Under the pieces are notes generated by a model, which saw only the letters and a program-made list of their open reading frames with translations, was not told where the DNA came from and ran no database searches. A stretch of DNA of 64,000 bases from Squalus acanthias (lineage: Eukaryota): contig CM059438.1 of NCBI GenBank assembly GCA_030390025.1, positions 62,312,001 to 62,376,000 on the forward strand, written 5' to 3'. The position numbers were made by a program, and so were the translations under genes. Position 1 is the stretch's first letter. The number at the start of each line of letters is the position of its first letter. Below, one piece after another: positions 35,822 to 47,877 of this stretch.

Positions 35822-38800
35822 AGTAATGAGATCTTGGGCTCAACTTAAAAAAAAAAAATTCTCATTTAAAAGTGAACAAGAACAGTTTTCTAGTTGGTAT
35901 TCTCATAGTGAAATGTGAACTGTAGCATTTTCAGAAGGGTATTACAATGAGAGTCTGGTTAAGGCGGGCAGGTGCACATTCAACATTTTGCAAACAGCAA
36001 AAAATATAAATATGAACTGTGATAGCAGTGCCAAGGATTAATAACAGCCACAGCTCATCTGAGAACACGTTGTTCAGTATAGCGTTCCACACCCAGTACA
36101 GGAGCCCACGGTGACTCTCCCTGTAACAATAACCTACAGCAGATCCAATCTCACTCGGCTGCGTAAGAAAGTAGTGCATCATCACTCAGGAATGAGATTA
36201 TATGGTTGGCAGCATTAGATTTCTCGATTTTCTTCTTCCCACCTTTCCTAAAAGTAGTGTTGGGTAAGGGTATCAAGGGGTATTGAGCCTAAGGCAGGCA
36301 AATGGAGTTGAGCTGCAGATCAGCCATGATCTAATTGAATGGCGGAGCAGGCTCCAGGGGCTGAATGGCCTACTCCTGTTTCCAGTGGCACCTGTTGGCT
36401 GCAGTTCCATCGGCACTAGTAACTCGCCCAAGTGACTTGTTTTTTTGTGGGAGAGCCTGGACGTTTGGTGTTTCCTTGGGTGGGTATCACAGCCAGATCA
36501 TACTGTCCTCACCTGATGTTCACAACCGTCCATTTTCCACCAGGGGTTGCTGGATTTGGGAACGCTGACTGATTTATTTTTGCTGAGCACAGGGTACACG
36601 GAGTTCAGTTAATTCAGTACAGACCGGAGATCAAACCTGGGATCTGTGTGATATTTATGATCGAGTACCAATCTACGCATGGCATTTACCATTCAGTCAC
36701 CATGGAGTCTAGTGGGAAGGTTTCTCGATGCTGCACCTCTCTAGCACGCTTCCTCCTACAGCTGGACTAGCGGAATGGCTCCAGATGACAATTCTTGCCA
36801 TTAATCTAATTGGCCAATCATCCATTGCTGTGCTATAGTTTCTGTTTTGCAAATAGTTTGAAAGAAGAGGCACGTGTTTTGGTATCCGAAATCTTTGCTC
36901 AAAGGGAATAGCGAGGTGGATCTTAATTGCTATTGGACATAATTGTCACACCCATCTATTCAACAAAGACTTATTGCACAATAAGTGAGGGGGTGGAGTA
37001 ATTACGTCTAGTATGTGCAGTATTGACTCAATCTGCATCATTGATTTTAAGTACTGAATTTAAAAAAGAATCTGCAGTTTCAGCCTCTTTCGCCCGATTT
37101 GTCTGCTCTATGTCCTTCACCATTTCCTTGCTGAGAAGACACAAGAAATCAGATTTGTGTCCAGCTGCCAGAGCTTTTTTCCTTCCTGTTCTTCAGCCAG
37201 CTGGCTGAAGAAGTGCAAAAGTTTGGCCCAGATTGCTTCTCCACCCCACCCCCCCCCCCCCCCCCCCACCAACCCTTGGTGAGGGTAACAATTTCTCTGT
37301 TTGTTTATTTTCTCCCCCTTTCCTAATTATCATTGCTGAGAGGGTGGATATGCAGGCACGCTGATCTGAATGGTAAACTGAAACTAACGGCTGGGAGGTA
37401 CATGGGCCCAGTGATGAGCGGGGGATTAATTGGATAGTTCTAGCAAAGAGCCGACATAGGCACAATGGGCCGAATGGCCTCCTTCTGTGCGGTATCATTC
37501 TATGATTTGATGTAATATACTGTGTCATCATTGATTTTTTCTCATGTTTCCAAAGAAATCCAAATCTGCCCTATTGGATTCTCTACTCATCCCTACAAGT
37601 GCGGGTGTTTATTAAAATAATTTTAAAAGAGTAAGGTCCATATCATCGCTAATAAGCATTTTAATAATCTTTGAAATGAGAGTCTGCTGCATTGGCATGG
37701 ATTGCTGTTAAGAAATGATTTGGGGCAAGCCTGGCAGGGAGCTCTTTATCAGCCTGATTTTAGTTCTGGTGATGCAGTGTTATCAATGCCTGCCATGCTA
37801 GCAATCGCTGTTTATAAACATTAAAAACACAGCGGGGGCAAGAAATTCTACTATAAATACCAGGAGATTTTCCACCAAGTGGGAGGTTTCATGTGTCTGG
37901 CGTAGCACTGAGCCATGCACACCAGAGGCTCGCAAGTTTGCTTTCCAGTCGGTGCTGTTAGCTGATGTCAGCTGGGGCCAGAGACCAGTTGTGGTGCCCG
38001 TACCACTGATTCACACAGGCTAGGAATGAAATGTGACACCTTCCTGCTCTTATGGCTCCGTACAGCAGACTCGATGGGCCGAATGGCCACCTCCTGTACT
38101 ATTCTATGGTTCTGTGGACAGTTCACTCTTTTTTTAAAAATTTTAATTAAAGTAGCCTTTTGCTCACCTTATTGAATGAGGCTGTGTTGTTGAGCCAGCC
38201 ATCATCGTAAGAGAAGTACTTTGAACTGGTTATTCTTATTATGAGATTAAGGTTGCTTTTATATTGGGTTTAATAGGGAGCACCAGTTTAAAAAAAACAC
38301 TCCACTATACCCATTATAAAAGCACCTTAAATGGCATTATTTTATTGTGCAGTGTCCACGTGATGGATGAGGGCCAATGGCTCTTCATTGCCGAGAGTCC
38401 TGTTCTTGATTCATTCTGTTCCTTTGAGGCTCAACACCAACCCTATTGAATGCTGAGTTTTGGTACGTGATACAAAATAGTTCTACGTTTTTGCTGAGAA
38501 AATATAACTCTCATTTGCTGACTGTGTGTGGTGATGGTGGGAGGCCTCCAAGGATTGAGGTCACTGTTTACGTGGACATACATTCTCCTCTCATTTATCA
38601 TTTAAGCAGGTCCTGTGAAGACAGTCACTTGATTAATTGAGCAAGCCCTTGGTATTGAGCCCTGTTGCGACTGATGAATTACTGTTTTGCATGTACTGTT
38701 CTGTCGTCAAAGGTACTGCTTCTCAACCAGGCTTCACATCTGTCAAGTTCCTTCAATTTACAGTGGATATAACCCTGGTGGCTAAGTGCCTCTTTTAAGT

Positions 38801-39284
38801 AGTGATGGCATGGTGGGGCTGGAGGGTGAAAAGTATGTGAAGTGCTGACTGACTGCTCCTCAGAAAGGATTAGTTGGCGATGATATGGAAGGCTGATATG
38901 CAGCATTAATTTCCATATGTCATCACCGCTTTAGCAAAGGGAAAGCCAGCTGGCCAGTAAAGAGTTGATCTGGGTTATATTGGTCTTAAATTTAAAATGA
39001 ATACCTGAGATGGAGGGCCTAAATCCTAAATTTCTGCAATGTGACTGTGTGCGATTCTGTTGATAAATGCACCACACGCTCCAGTTACTCACTAATCCTT
39101 TGGTGAGCTGATGTTTCTTTTTGTTAATAAACATTTTAACTTAAACAAAATGATCCTGTCCAAAAGAGTTTGTTTATAGCTTAATATATTATGCATATTT
39201 CAAACAATGACTTGTTTTTAAGACTTCAGAAAAAATTGAAATAATGATTCATTCTAAGTTTGAATCTAATAACTTATTAGACTC

Positions 39285-39653
39285 CTCAATTTTAAAATTC
39301 TCCTCCTAATTTTCAAATCTCTCCATGGCCTCGCCCTTCCCTATCTCTCTAATCTCCTCCAGCCCTACAACCCTCTGAGAACTCTGCGCTCCTCCAATTC
39401 TGACCTCTTGATCATCGCCGATTTTAATCGCTCCACCATTGGTGGCCGTGCCTTCAGCTGCCAAGGCCCTGAGCTCTGGAATTCCCTCCCTAAACCTCTC
39501 CGCCTCTACCTCTCTCTGCTGCTTAAAACCCACCTCTTTGACCATCTGCACTAATCTCTCCTTATGTGGCTCGGTGTCAAATTTTGTTTGATAACGCTCC
39601 TGTGAAGCGCCTTGGGACGTTTTACTACCTTAAAGGTGCTATATAAATACAAG

Positions 39654-39686
<33 letters not shown>
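39285..39686 (+). mobile_element. L2-clade LINE 3' end with long (GTT)n tail
   Basis: FKILLLIFKSLHGLA-type C-terminus, 3' UTR as at 447-732, and GTT microsatellite at 39652-39686. Confidence 0.85.
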
Positions 39687-39687
<1 letters not shown>

Positions 39688-40092
39688 AGTAGTAAATATT
39701 AGTAGGCTTGTAGAACCTTTGAGTGAGAATGGGTTGGGCATTGGAATCAGATGGCTACCTCAATGTAATTTTGGATCTCTGCATTGAAACCATCTTTGAA
39801 CCAGAATCGAGAGGGAGCAATTTTACCAAACCGAGTCATTTGTATTAATTTACATGGTCTCATTTAATTCCAGCAAGTTGGAAGATTGAAGGGCTCTTCC
39901 AGCAGCTCAGTTGGTAAAGACAGCATGTAATTGAACGGTACAGACCCCAGGCTGTCCTGAGTGAGCTGATCTCAGCCAGGTGCTTGAACGCTTTTGGCTT
40001 AGAGAGGGAATAAATCGTTCAAGATTCCCACTCCTGATCTATATCCAGTGAGCTCTGCTGAAACGTGCAGGTTTGTGGATATCGGACTTGGC

Positions 40093-40431
40093 TGTGAAGT
40101 GTAGTCACTGTTGTAATGTATGAAGCGGGGCAGACAAATTGCACACAGCAAGGTCCCATAAACAGCAATGAGATAATAACCAGTTAATCTGTTTTTAGTT
40201 GTTGGTTGAGGGATAAATTTTGGCAAGGATACCAGGGGAAAACTCCTCTGCTCCTCTTCAAAATAGTGCCATGGGATATTTTACATCTACCTGAGAGAGC
40301 AGATGGGGCCTCGGTTTAGCGTCTCATCTAAAAGATGGCACCTTCGACAGTGTAGTGCTCCCTCAGTACTGCACTGGTGTGTCAGCCTAGATTTTGTACT
40401 CTGGTCTCTGGAGTGGGACTTGAACCCACAA
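40093..40431 (-). mobile_element. SacSINE1-type SINE, partial
   Basis: Colinear with 55686-56142. Confidence 0.8.
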
Positions 40432-41799
40432 GTGTTGAAAATAGAGGCAGAATTGCTGTTACTTTGAATCCAGTTTATTGGTTTAATGGTGAATCTGGAA
40501 ATGGGAAAGGATCACTTGAATTCTAAAGATAGTTTCTTGCCATCCGGACCCCTTTTAAAAATGGGTCCATTGAAAACAAGTATGATCGGCAGCTGTGATT
40601 TCCGTTCTTATTAGTAAATTTCTCATGGTGTTCCCCATGGTCAGTTGATGAATAGAAGTCTTTTTATATTTAAGATGGTGACAGAGTTGAGTGAGGACTT
40701 TAAAAGCCTACTCCACTGCACCACCCAGTGGCTAGAGCTTGCATTACACTGTCACCTGACATGGCAAAATTGAATGAGAAATGTTGATCTTGGCAATTTA
40801 CAGTGGTAAATGTTGACAGAAAAGTATGGCCAAAGATTGTGACGAGAAGTAGTCGGGCTTGTTGACAGAATGTACACACCCTATGCAAGATTTTTAATAA
40901 TCTGTGGACTTTTGCCGATTTGTCTTTTTGTTTAAATGATCAGCACTAATAGTTTGGCGAGTCTGGTTTGGAGGAGCAACGAAGCCCCATTTTTATATTA
41001 TCGTTCTTTTATTTTGTTTGGATTCCAGAGTCTGTGAGCTGACTTCCAGTGTTTACACTGCTAAATCTGGCTCCTCATCGCAGTGGTGGACTTGTAGACC
41101 TGGTTTCTTTGTGTGGCAGCAGTGAATGGACATCGCTGTTAAACTCAGGATCCTGAAGCTAATCTGTTGATTCTATTCAGTTACAATGTCATACACAGCA
41201 TGCCCTCCCAGGCTGTTTCCCTCCCACTGATATCAATGCTCAGCCTTTAAACAAAAGCATGTGGCAATTGATCCTAATCCTTTCTACCTGCTCAACTTTT
41301 AAACTAGTCAATTGCAAATACAGTTCTTTCATCAAATAAAGATGAAAGAAAATTGGACGTTGTTAGGTATGCAAAAGGTGAGGCTGCTAAAGTCACGGAA
41401 TTACTTTTCTGTATGAATTGTGCCTGTTGTAACAAAGAGTGGTGCATTAGAAAGTGAAAATGGAGTAATTGGATGCTGCTACACCGTGATTTAGATGCTG
41501 TGATTGAACAAAGCTCTTAGATGAGTTAGTCATCTGAAAACTGCAGTTCCAATAAAGTTAATTTGTATTTAACATACTTTGCGACTCACGTCGTGTGTTG
41601 AAATGGGTGAACTGCTGTTTAAGGTGGAATCATGAAGAATCTTCCATAATTAAATGTTGTTCATGTCCACTAGGCTGTTGCAAATTGGAACAGCACTCCT
41701 TAACAATTGGCACCATTTTGCAATATTAGAGAAAGTTCTTAGTTGGCAAAGAAATGCTTGAACTGTCATGTTCATTGCCATGGCAACCCATATTATATC

Positions 41800-42620
41800 A
41801 TATCACGACCACCTCTGTGCAGTCAGGCAGCCCATCTGATATTAAATTGTGGATGCCTCAAAATTTCCTCCAACTGATCATCAAGTAGACAGAAGCCCAT
41901 TGTTTTCAGCCCCCACCATTAACTGCTCGCCTCGACAGTGACTCCATTCTCCTCTTCGGCCACTTGATCAGGTAGAACTAATTGTGCAAAACCTTGACAT
42001 CCTGCTCAACTCCGAGCTGAGCCTCAAACCCCACGTCCTATCCATCACCAAGACCTCTTGCTTCCATCTCTACCCCAAAACCCCACTGCTGCTGAAACCC
42101 TATCCGTGCCTTTGTCACCTCTCAACTTGATTTCTCCAGTGTTGTCCATCCACTACTTTTCACAAACTCGAACTTGTCCAAAGGTCGGCCGCCTGTATTC
42201 TGTCCCACATTAAGTCCCACTCTCCTATCAGTCCTGTCTTCACTGATCTATATTGGCTCCCTGTCTCCCAATGCATTTTAATTTAAAATCTTTGTCCTTG
42301 TCATCAAATCCGAACATGGATTTGCCTCAGCTTATCTCTGTGTCCTCCTCCAGCCTTCTGCTCCCTCTGGCACCCTTTAGTCTCCTGACTCTGACCTTTT
42401 GTGCCTTCTCCAACAACCGCCCCCCCCCCCCCCCCAATGTTTCACCCCACCATTGCTGACAAGCCTTTAGTTGCCTCAACTTTACTCTCTGCAATGCTCT
42501 CCCTAAATCTCTCCACATTTCCATCTCACTTTTTAAAGACAATCCAAAACCATATTTTTGACCAAGCTTTTGCTCACGTCTCTAAACTCTCACATGACTC
42601 TTTTCTGTTCTTTTACAATC
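41800..42620 (+). mobile_element. Degraded L2 LINE 3' coding region
   Basis: NFLQL...TEA.VF and AFVTSQLD remnants, followed by a degenerate L2 3' UTR. Confidence 0.65.
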
Positions 42621-42703
42621 TTTTTTTCTTTCTCCAGCCCTCCACGGGCTGCAAAGTGCATTGGGCGATTTTCTGTGTTAAACGCATGTGGTTGTTTTTT
42701 TGC

Positions 42704-42928
42704 GGAGTTCTCCCCGGTGCCAATATTTATCCCTCAACCAACATCACTAAAACGGATTATCTGGTCAGTATCACATTGCTGTTTGTGGGAGCTTGCTGTG
42801 CGCAAATTGCTGCCGTATTTCCTATGTTACAACAGTGACTACACTTCAAAAGTACTTCATTGGCTGTAAAGTGCTTTGAGACCTCCTGAGGTTGTGAAAG
42901 GCGTTATAGAAATGCAAGTCTTTCTTTA
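42704..42928 (+). mobile_element. SacSINE1-type SINE 3' half
   Basis: Matches other copies. Confidence 0.8.
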
Positions 42929-43236
42929 TGTAAATGCAAGCAGTTATTGTAGTTGTTGTAGTAGTATTTCCTAATACTAGGCAGCATTCTAGTGAATCGG
43001 TGTTCTACTCTCTCTGTTACCTCAACATCCTCCTTATAGTTTGGAGTCCAAAATTAAACTCAGTACTGCAGTGTGTTCTTAATAAAGTTTTATATAAATT
43101 CATCATTACATCTTGACTTTAATATTTTATACCTCTTAGCATAAAAATTCAGTATTCCAGTAGCTTTTTTATGGCCTTATCCGCTTGAGGGGATGACTCA
43201 TCGGGGGAAGGCACCAGCAGCCAGGCTCATGGCACC

Positions 43237-43788
43237 ATGACTGGCTCTGTTGCAAAGAAGGGAGGGAAAAAGAGTGGCAGGGCTATAGTAATAGGGGATT
43301 CGATTGTAAGGGGAATAGATAGGAGTTTCTGTGGTCGCGACCGAGACTCCAGGATGGTAATTTGCCTCCCTGGTGCAAGGGTCAAGGATGTCTCGGCGCG
43401 GGTGCAGAACATTCTGGAGGGGGAGGGGGAACAGCCAGTTGTCGTGATACATGTTGGTACCAACGACGTAGCTAAAAAAAGGGAAGAGGTCCTACAAGTA
43501 GAATTTAGGGAGTTAGGAGCCAAGCTAAAAAGTAGGACCTCGAAGGTAGTAATCTCTGGATTACTACCAGTGCCACGTGCTAGTAAGAGTACAGAGAACA
43601 GGATAGTTAGGCTAAATACGTGGCTTGAGCAGTGGTGTAAGAGGGAGGGTTTTAAATTTTTGAGGCATTGGGACCAGTTTTGTGGTAGGTGTGACCTATA
43701 CAAAAGGGACGGTCTACACCTGTGCAAAGATGGAACTGAGGTTCTCGGGGTAAATTTTGATAAAGCAGTTCGGGAGCATTTAAACTAG
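43237..43788 (+). CDS. CR1 ORF1 C-terminal SGNH/GDSL esterase domain (frame is open upstream to the truncation point)
   Basis: SGNH blocks IVIGDSIVRG, LPGA, HVGTND and DGLHL are all present. Confidence 0.9.
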   Translation: MTGSVAKKGGKKSGRAIVIGDSIVRGIDRSFCGRDRDSRMVICLPGARVKDVSARVQNILEGEGEQPVVVIHVGTNDVAKKREEVLQVEFRELGAKLKSRTSKVVISGLLPVPRASKSTENRIVRLNTWLEQWCKREGFKFLRHWDQFCGRCDLYKRDGLHLCKDGTEVLGVNFDKAVREHLN

Positions 43789-46730
43789 TATGGCACGGGG
43801 CTAGAAACCCATGTAGTGAAATAGAGGAAAGTGAAAGGCAGACAGAAATAAATGGTAAAAAGGAGAGGAACAAAAAACAAAGGGCCAAACTAATTCATAA
43901 AAAATGTGAGCATAAAAAAAGCCTGAGGGTTTTATACCTTAATGCGAGAAGCATCAGGAACAAGGTAGATGAATTAGCTGTGGAAATAGAGGTTAATAAT
44001 TATGATCTAATTGGGATTACGGAAACATGGTTGCAGGGTGAGCAGGGCTGGGAGCTTAACATACAGGGGTATTCAGTATTTAGGAAGGATCGACAAAAAA
44101 GAAAGGGAGGAGGGGTAGCATTGCTGGTAAAAGAGGGGATAAATGCAATTGAAAGGAAGGATATTAACTCAGTTAATACAGAATCTATATGGGTGGAGCT
44201 AAGAAATAGCGAGGGGCGAAAAACATTAATAGGAGTGGTATATAGGCCTCCAAATAGTAAAATAGAGGTTGGGGAGGGCATCACGAGGGAAATTAGAGAA
44301 GCGTGCAATAAGAGCACAGCTGTCATCATAGGTGACTTTAACTTACATATAGATTGGACTAGCCTAATCAGTAAAAATAATGAGGAGGAGGAATTCCTTG
44401 AGTGTTTAAGGGATGGTTATCTGGATCAATATGTCGAGGAACCAACTCGGGAACAGGCTATATTGGACTGGGTACTGTGCAATGAGAAGGGACTAATTAG
44501 TAATCTTGTTGTACGGGGACCCTTGGGTCAGAGCGATCATAACATGATCGATTTCTCACTCGAAATGGAGAGCGAAGAAATTGACTCAGAGACTCAGGTC
44601 CTGAATTTAAACAAGGGGAATTATGATGCCATTAGACGGGAACTGAGTAGGTCTGATTGGACAACGTTCCTGGGAGGACTGGAGGTAGATAAACAATGGC
44701 AAGCATTTAAAGATAGAATGACAAAATTGCAAAAATTGTTTATACCAATCTGGCATAAAAGGAAATCTAAAAAGGTGACTCAACCGTGGATAACAGGGGA
44801 AATTAGAGACAGCATAAAATCCAAAGATAGGGCGTATAAAATAGCCAAAAAACGCGCCAGAGCGGAAGATTGGGAACAGTTTAAGATAGAGCAAAGGAGG
44901 GCAAAGGGCTTAATCAAGAAGGGCAAAATAGCTTACGAAAGCAAGCTGGCGGAAAATATAAAAACTAACTCCAAAAGCTTTTATAAGTATATCAAGAGGA
45001 AAAGACTGGTGAAAACCAAAGTTGGTCCATTGCAGTCAGATACGGGGGAATATATAATGGGAAATAAGGAAATGGCAGACCAACTAAATGCATACTTTGG
45101 GTCAGTCTTTACGAAGGAAGACACAAAAAACCTCCCTGGGATATCGGGAAAAATAGGGACATTGGCAAAGGAGGAACTGACGCAAATCAATATCTCTAAG
45201 GATATGGTGTTAAGGAAGCTAAAGGGATTGAAGGCGGACAAATCCCCAGGGCCTGATAACATGCATCCTAGGGTACTGAAGGAGGTGGCCCTAGAGATAG
45301 CGGATGCACTAAGCATGATTTTTCAGAATTCATTAGACTCGGGAACAGTGCCCATGGATTGGAGGGTAGCTAACGTTACCCCACTATTCAAAAAGGGGGG
45401 TAGGGAAAAAGCAGGTAATTACAGACCTGTAAGCCTTACATCAGTTGTGGGCAAAATGCTGGAGTCCATCATTAAGGATGAAATAGCCGAGCACTTAGCA
45501 AATGGGGACAGGATAGGACAGAGTCAACATGGATTTACAAAGGGTAAATCGTGCTTGACTAATCTATTGGAATTTTTTGAGGGAGTAACTGGTAAAATAG
45601 ATGGGGGAGAGCCAGTAGATGTGGTGTACCTGGACTTCCAAAAGGCCTTCGATAAGGTCCCACATAAAAGATTAGCATGGAAAATTGAAGCTCATGGGAT
45701 AAAGGGGAAAGTATTGACGTGGATAGAGAACTGGCTGTCAGATAGAAAACAGAGAGTTGGAATAAACGGCTCATTTTCTGAATGGCAGGCAGTAACAAGT
45801 GGGGTACCACAGGGATCTGTCCTGGGTCCCCAGCTGTTCACAATTTATATTAATGACCTGGATCAGGGAGTCGAATGCAGCATTTCCAAATTTGCAGACG
45901 ACACTAAACTAGGAGGGGGGGTGGGCTCAGAGGAGGAGACCAGGAAGCTCCAGAGCGATTTGGACAGACTGGGTGATTGGGCGGATAAATGGCAGATGCA
46001 CTATAATGTGGACAAGTGCGAAGTTATCCACCTTGGGTGCAGGAACGGGAGGGCAAATTATTATTTAAATGGCAATAAATTGGGAGAGGGGGAAGTACAG
46101 AGAGACCTGGGTGTTCTTGTACACCAGTCACTGAAGGCGAGCATGCAGGTGCAACAGGCGGTCAAGAAGGCAAACGGTATGCTGGCCTTCATAGCAAAAG
46201 GGTTGGAATACAGGAACAGGGATACCTTGCTGCAGCTGTACAGGGCACTGGTGAGACCACACCTCGAGTACTGTGTACAGTTTTGGTCGCCTCATCTGAG
46301 GAAAGATGTTCTTGCCATGGAGGGGGTGCAGCGGCGATTCACCAGGCTGATACCAGGAATGGCGGGATTGACCTATGAGGAGAGACTATGTAGTTTAGGG
46401 ATGTACACACTGGAGTTTAGAAGATTGAGAGGGGACCTCATAGAAGTGTATAAAATTCTGACAGGTCTAGACAGATTAGATGCAGAAGGAATGTTTCCCT
46501 TGGCGGGTGAGAACAGAACTAGAGGACATAATTTAAGGATAAGGGCTAAACCATTTAGGACAGAAATGAGGGGGAATTTCTTCACTCAGAGAGTGGTGAA
46601 CCTGTGGAACTCATTGCCACAGAGGGCAGTGTACGCCAGCTCATTAAATATATTTAAGAGGGAATTAGATATATTTCTACAGGCAAAAGGGGTTAAGGGT
46701 TACGGAGAGAAGGCGGGGACGGGATACTGA
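43764..46730 (+). CDS. CR1 ORF2: APE endonuclease plus reverse transcriptase (stop-to-stop extent; the true start is unresolved)
   Basis: Frame open from 43764. APE motifs LYLNARSIRNK, ITETW, YRPP, GDFN, LDW, SDH. RT motifs [31 protein letters not shown]. Confidence 0.95.
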   Translation, partial: SSSGAFKLVWHGARNPCSEIEESERQTEINGKKERNKKQRAKLIHKKCEHKKSLRVLYLNARSIRNKVDELAVEIEVNNYDLIGITETWLQGEQGWELNIQGYSVFRKDRQKRKGGGVALLVKEGINAIERKDINSVNTESIWVELRNSEGRKTLIGVVYRPPNSKIEVGEGITREIREACNKSTAVIIGDFNLHIDWTSLISKNNEEEEFLECLRDGYLDQYVEEPTREQAILDWVLCNEKGLISNLVVRGPLGQSDHNMIDFSLEMESEEIDSETQVLNLNKGNYDAIRRELSRSDWTTFLGGLEVDKQWQAFKDRMTKLQKLFIPIWHKRKSKKVTQPWITGEIRDSIKSKDRAYKIAKKRARAEDWEQFKIEQRRAKGLIKKGKIAYESKLAENIKTNSKSFYKYIKRKRLVKTKVGPLQSDTGEYIMGNKEMADQLNAYFGSVFTKEDTKNLPGISGKIGTLAKEELTQINISKDMVLRKLKGLKADKSPGPDNMHPRVLKEVALEIADALSMIFQNSLDSGTVPMDWRVANVTPLFKKGGREKAGNYRPVSLTSVVGKMLESIIKDEIAEHLANGDRIGQSQHGFTKGKSCLTNLLEFFEGVTGKIDGGEPVDVVYLDFQKAFDKVPHKRLAWKIEAHGIKGKVLTWIENWLSDRKQRVGINGSFSEWQAVTSGVPQGSVLGPQLFTIYINDLDQGVECSISKFADDTKLGGGVGSEEETRKLQSDLDRLGDWADKWQMHYNVDKCEVIHLGCRNGRANYYLNGNKLGEGEVQRDLGVLVHQSLKASMQVQQAVKKANGMLAFIAKGLEYRNRDTLLQLYRALVRPHLEYCVQFWSPHLRKDVLAMEGVQRRFTRLIPGMAGLTYEERLCSLGMYTLEFRRLRGDLIEVYKILTGLDRLDAEGMFPLAGENRTRGHNLRIRAKPFRTEMRGNFFTQRVVNLWNSLPQRAVYASSLNIFKRELDIFLQAKGVKGYGEKAGTGY

Positions 46731-47271
46731 ATTGAAGGATCAGCCATGATCTCATTAAATGGCGGAGCAGGCTCGAAGGGCCGGATGGCCTACTCCTGCT
46801 CCTATCTTCTATGTATCTATGTATCTATGTAGGTGCTGCTTTTAAGCTTTGTGAATTTGAACACCCAAATCTCTCTGCTCTTCCACATCACCCAACTTTC
46901 CCCCATTCAAAGTATAATAATTAATTTGTTTTTTTTACCAAATGTACCCCCTCATATTTACTGACATTGAATTCCATCTGCCACTTTTTTTTTTGCCCAT
47001 TCTACCACCTTCTCAATATCCCCTTGCAGCTTTCTTTGGTCCTCAGCATTATTTACCATGCCTCCAATTTTAGTATCATCTGCAAATATGGACAACTCTC
47101 CCTCAAGCCCAAAATCATGATGTACACAGTGAACAGAGCGGTTCCAGAATAGAACCCTTAGGAACATCGCTGCCCACTGCCAACCAGTCTGAGAAAAGGA
47201 TCAACACTCTGCTGAGGTGTGGGGAGGGGGCTTGCTAGCTAGCAACCTGAGCCTGAGGTACATGACCATTC

Positions 47272-47428
47272 AGCTCTTTCTCTTCCCCTCTCCCTCTCTT
47301 GCTTTCCCTTCCTCTCTTTCTCATCCTCCCTTTTTAGTCTTTCTCTTCCTCTTCCTCCTACACTTTGTCTTTCTCCTCCTCCCACACTTTCTCTCTTACC
47401 CTGTCCCCTCCCCCTTCTTTCTTTCTTT
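47272..47428 (+). repeat. Polypyrimidine (CT-rich) low-complexity tract
   Basis: Almost exclusively C/T for about 155 bp. Confidence 0.8.
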
Positions 47429-47877
47429 AATGGGAGATTGGGTTGGTGGGAGCTGAGAGGCTGATCCAGTTGGGACCTAGTGGTGTGCACCCGTACTTCT
47501 TGGAGAGAGGGCATTCTGGCAGAAAAAGATTGAGAAGAGCAGAGAACAGCAAAAGTAATTTTAAAAAAACAGCCAAAAATAAAAAGTAAATAATTATAAA
47601 AGTGAAGTAAAAACATGGACAGAGTGTAAAAATGAAAAGGATACCTTGTGTGTTTTAATGGAATTGGTGGTTGGAATGTGATTGGTTCATGGACTGTAGT
47701 TAGAATATACTAACTGACAGTTGGATGCACTCTACAATTATACACCATGTATTTTTTGTTTCCCTATTGCACAGGTTTATTCAAAAATTAATCATGTGGC
47801 ACCTACCACTTAAATTTATATGTACGAAACACATAGTGCCCACTGGACACTTTCATAATCAAGTTAAAGAAATAAAC

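Larger units (their letters stand above)
43187..46830 (+). mobile_element. Young CR1 LINE, 5'-truncated within ORF1, ORF2 intact
   Basis: Stop-free ORF1 segment and ORF2, 3' UTR with (TATCTATG)n tail, AGG at both junctions. Confidence 0.97.
42990..47200 (-). mobile_element. Old degraded CR1 (segments 42990-43186 and 46831-47200) hosting the young CR1
   Basis: FADDTKIGG peptide in ORF 46958-47167. The sequence is continuous across the insert (CCGCTTG-AGG-TGCTGC). Confidence 0.7.

Noticed and set aside
43980..43982. GTG start given by the ORF track for ORF2
   Set aside because: It lies downstream of the first endonuclease motif (LYLNARS), and the frame is open 216 nt further upstream.
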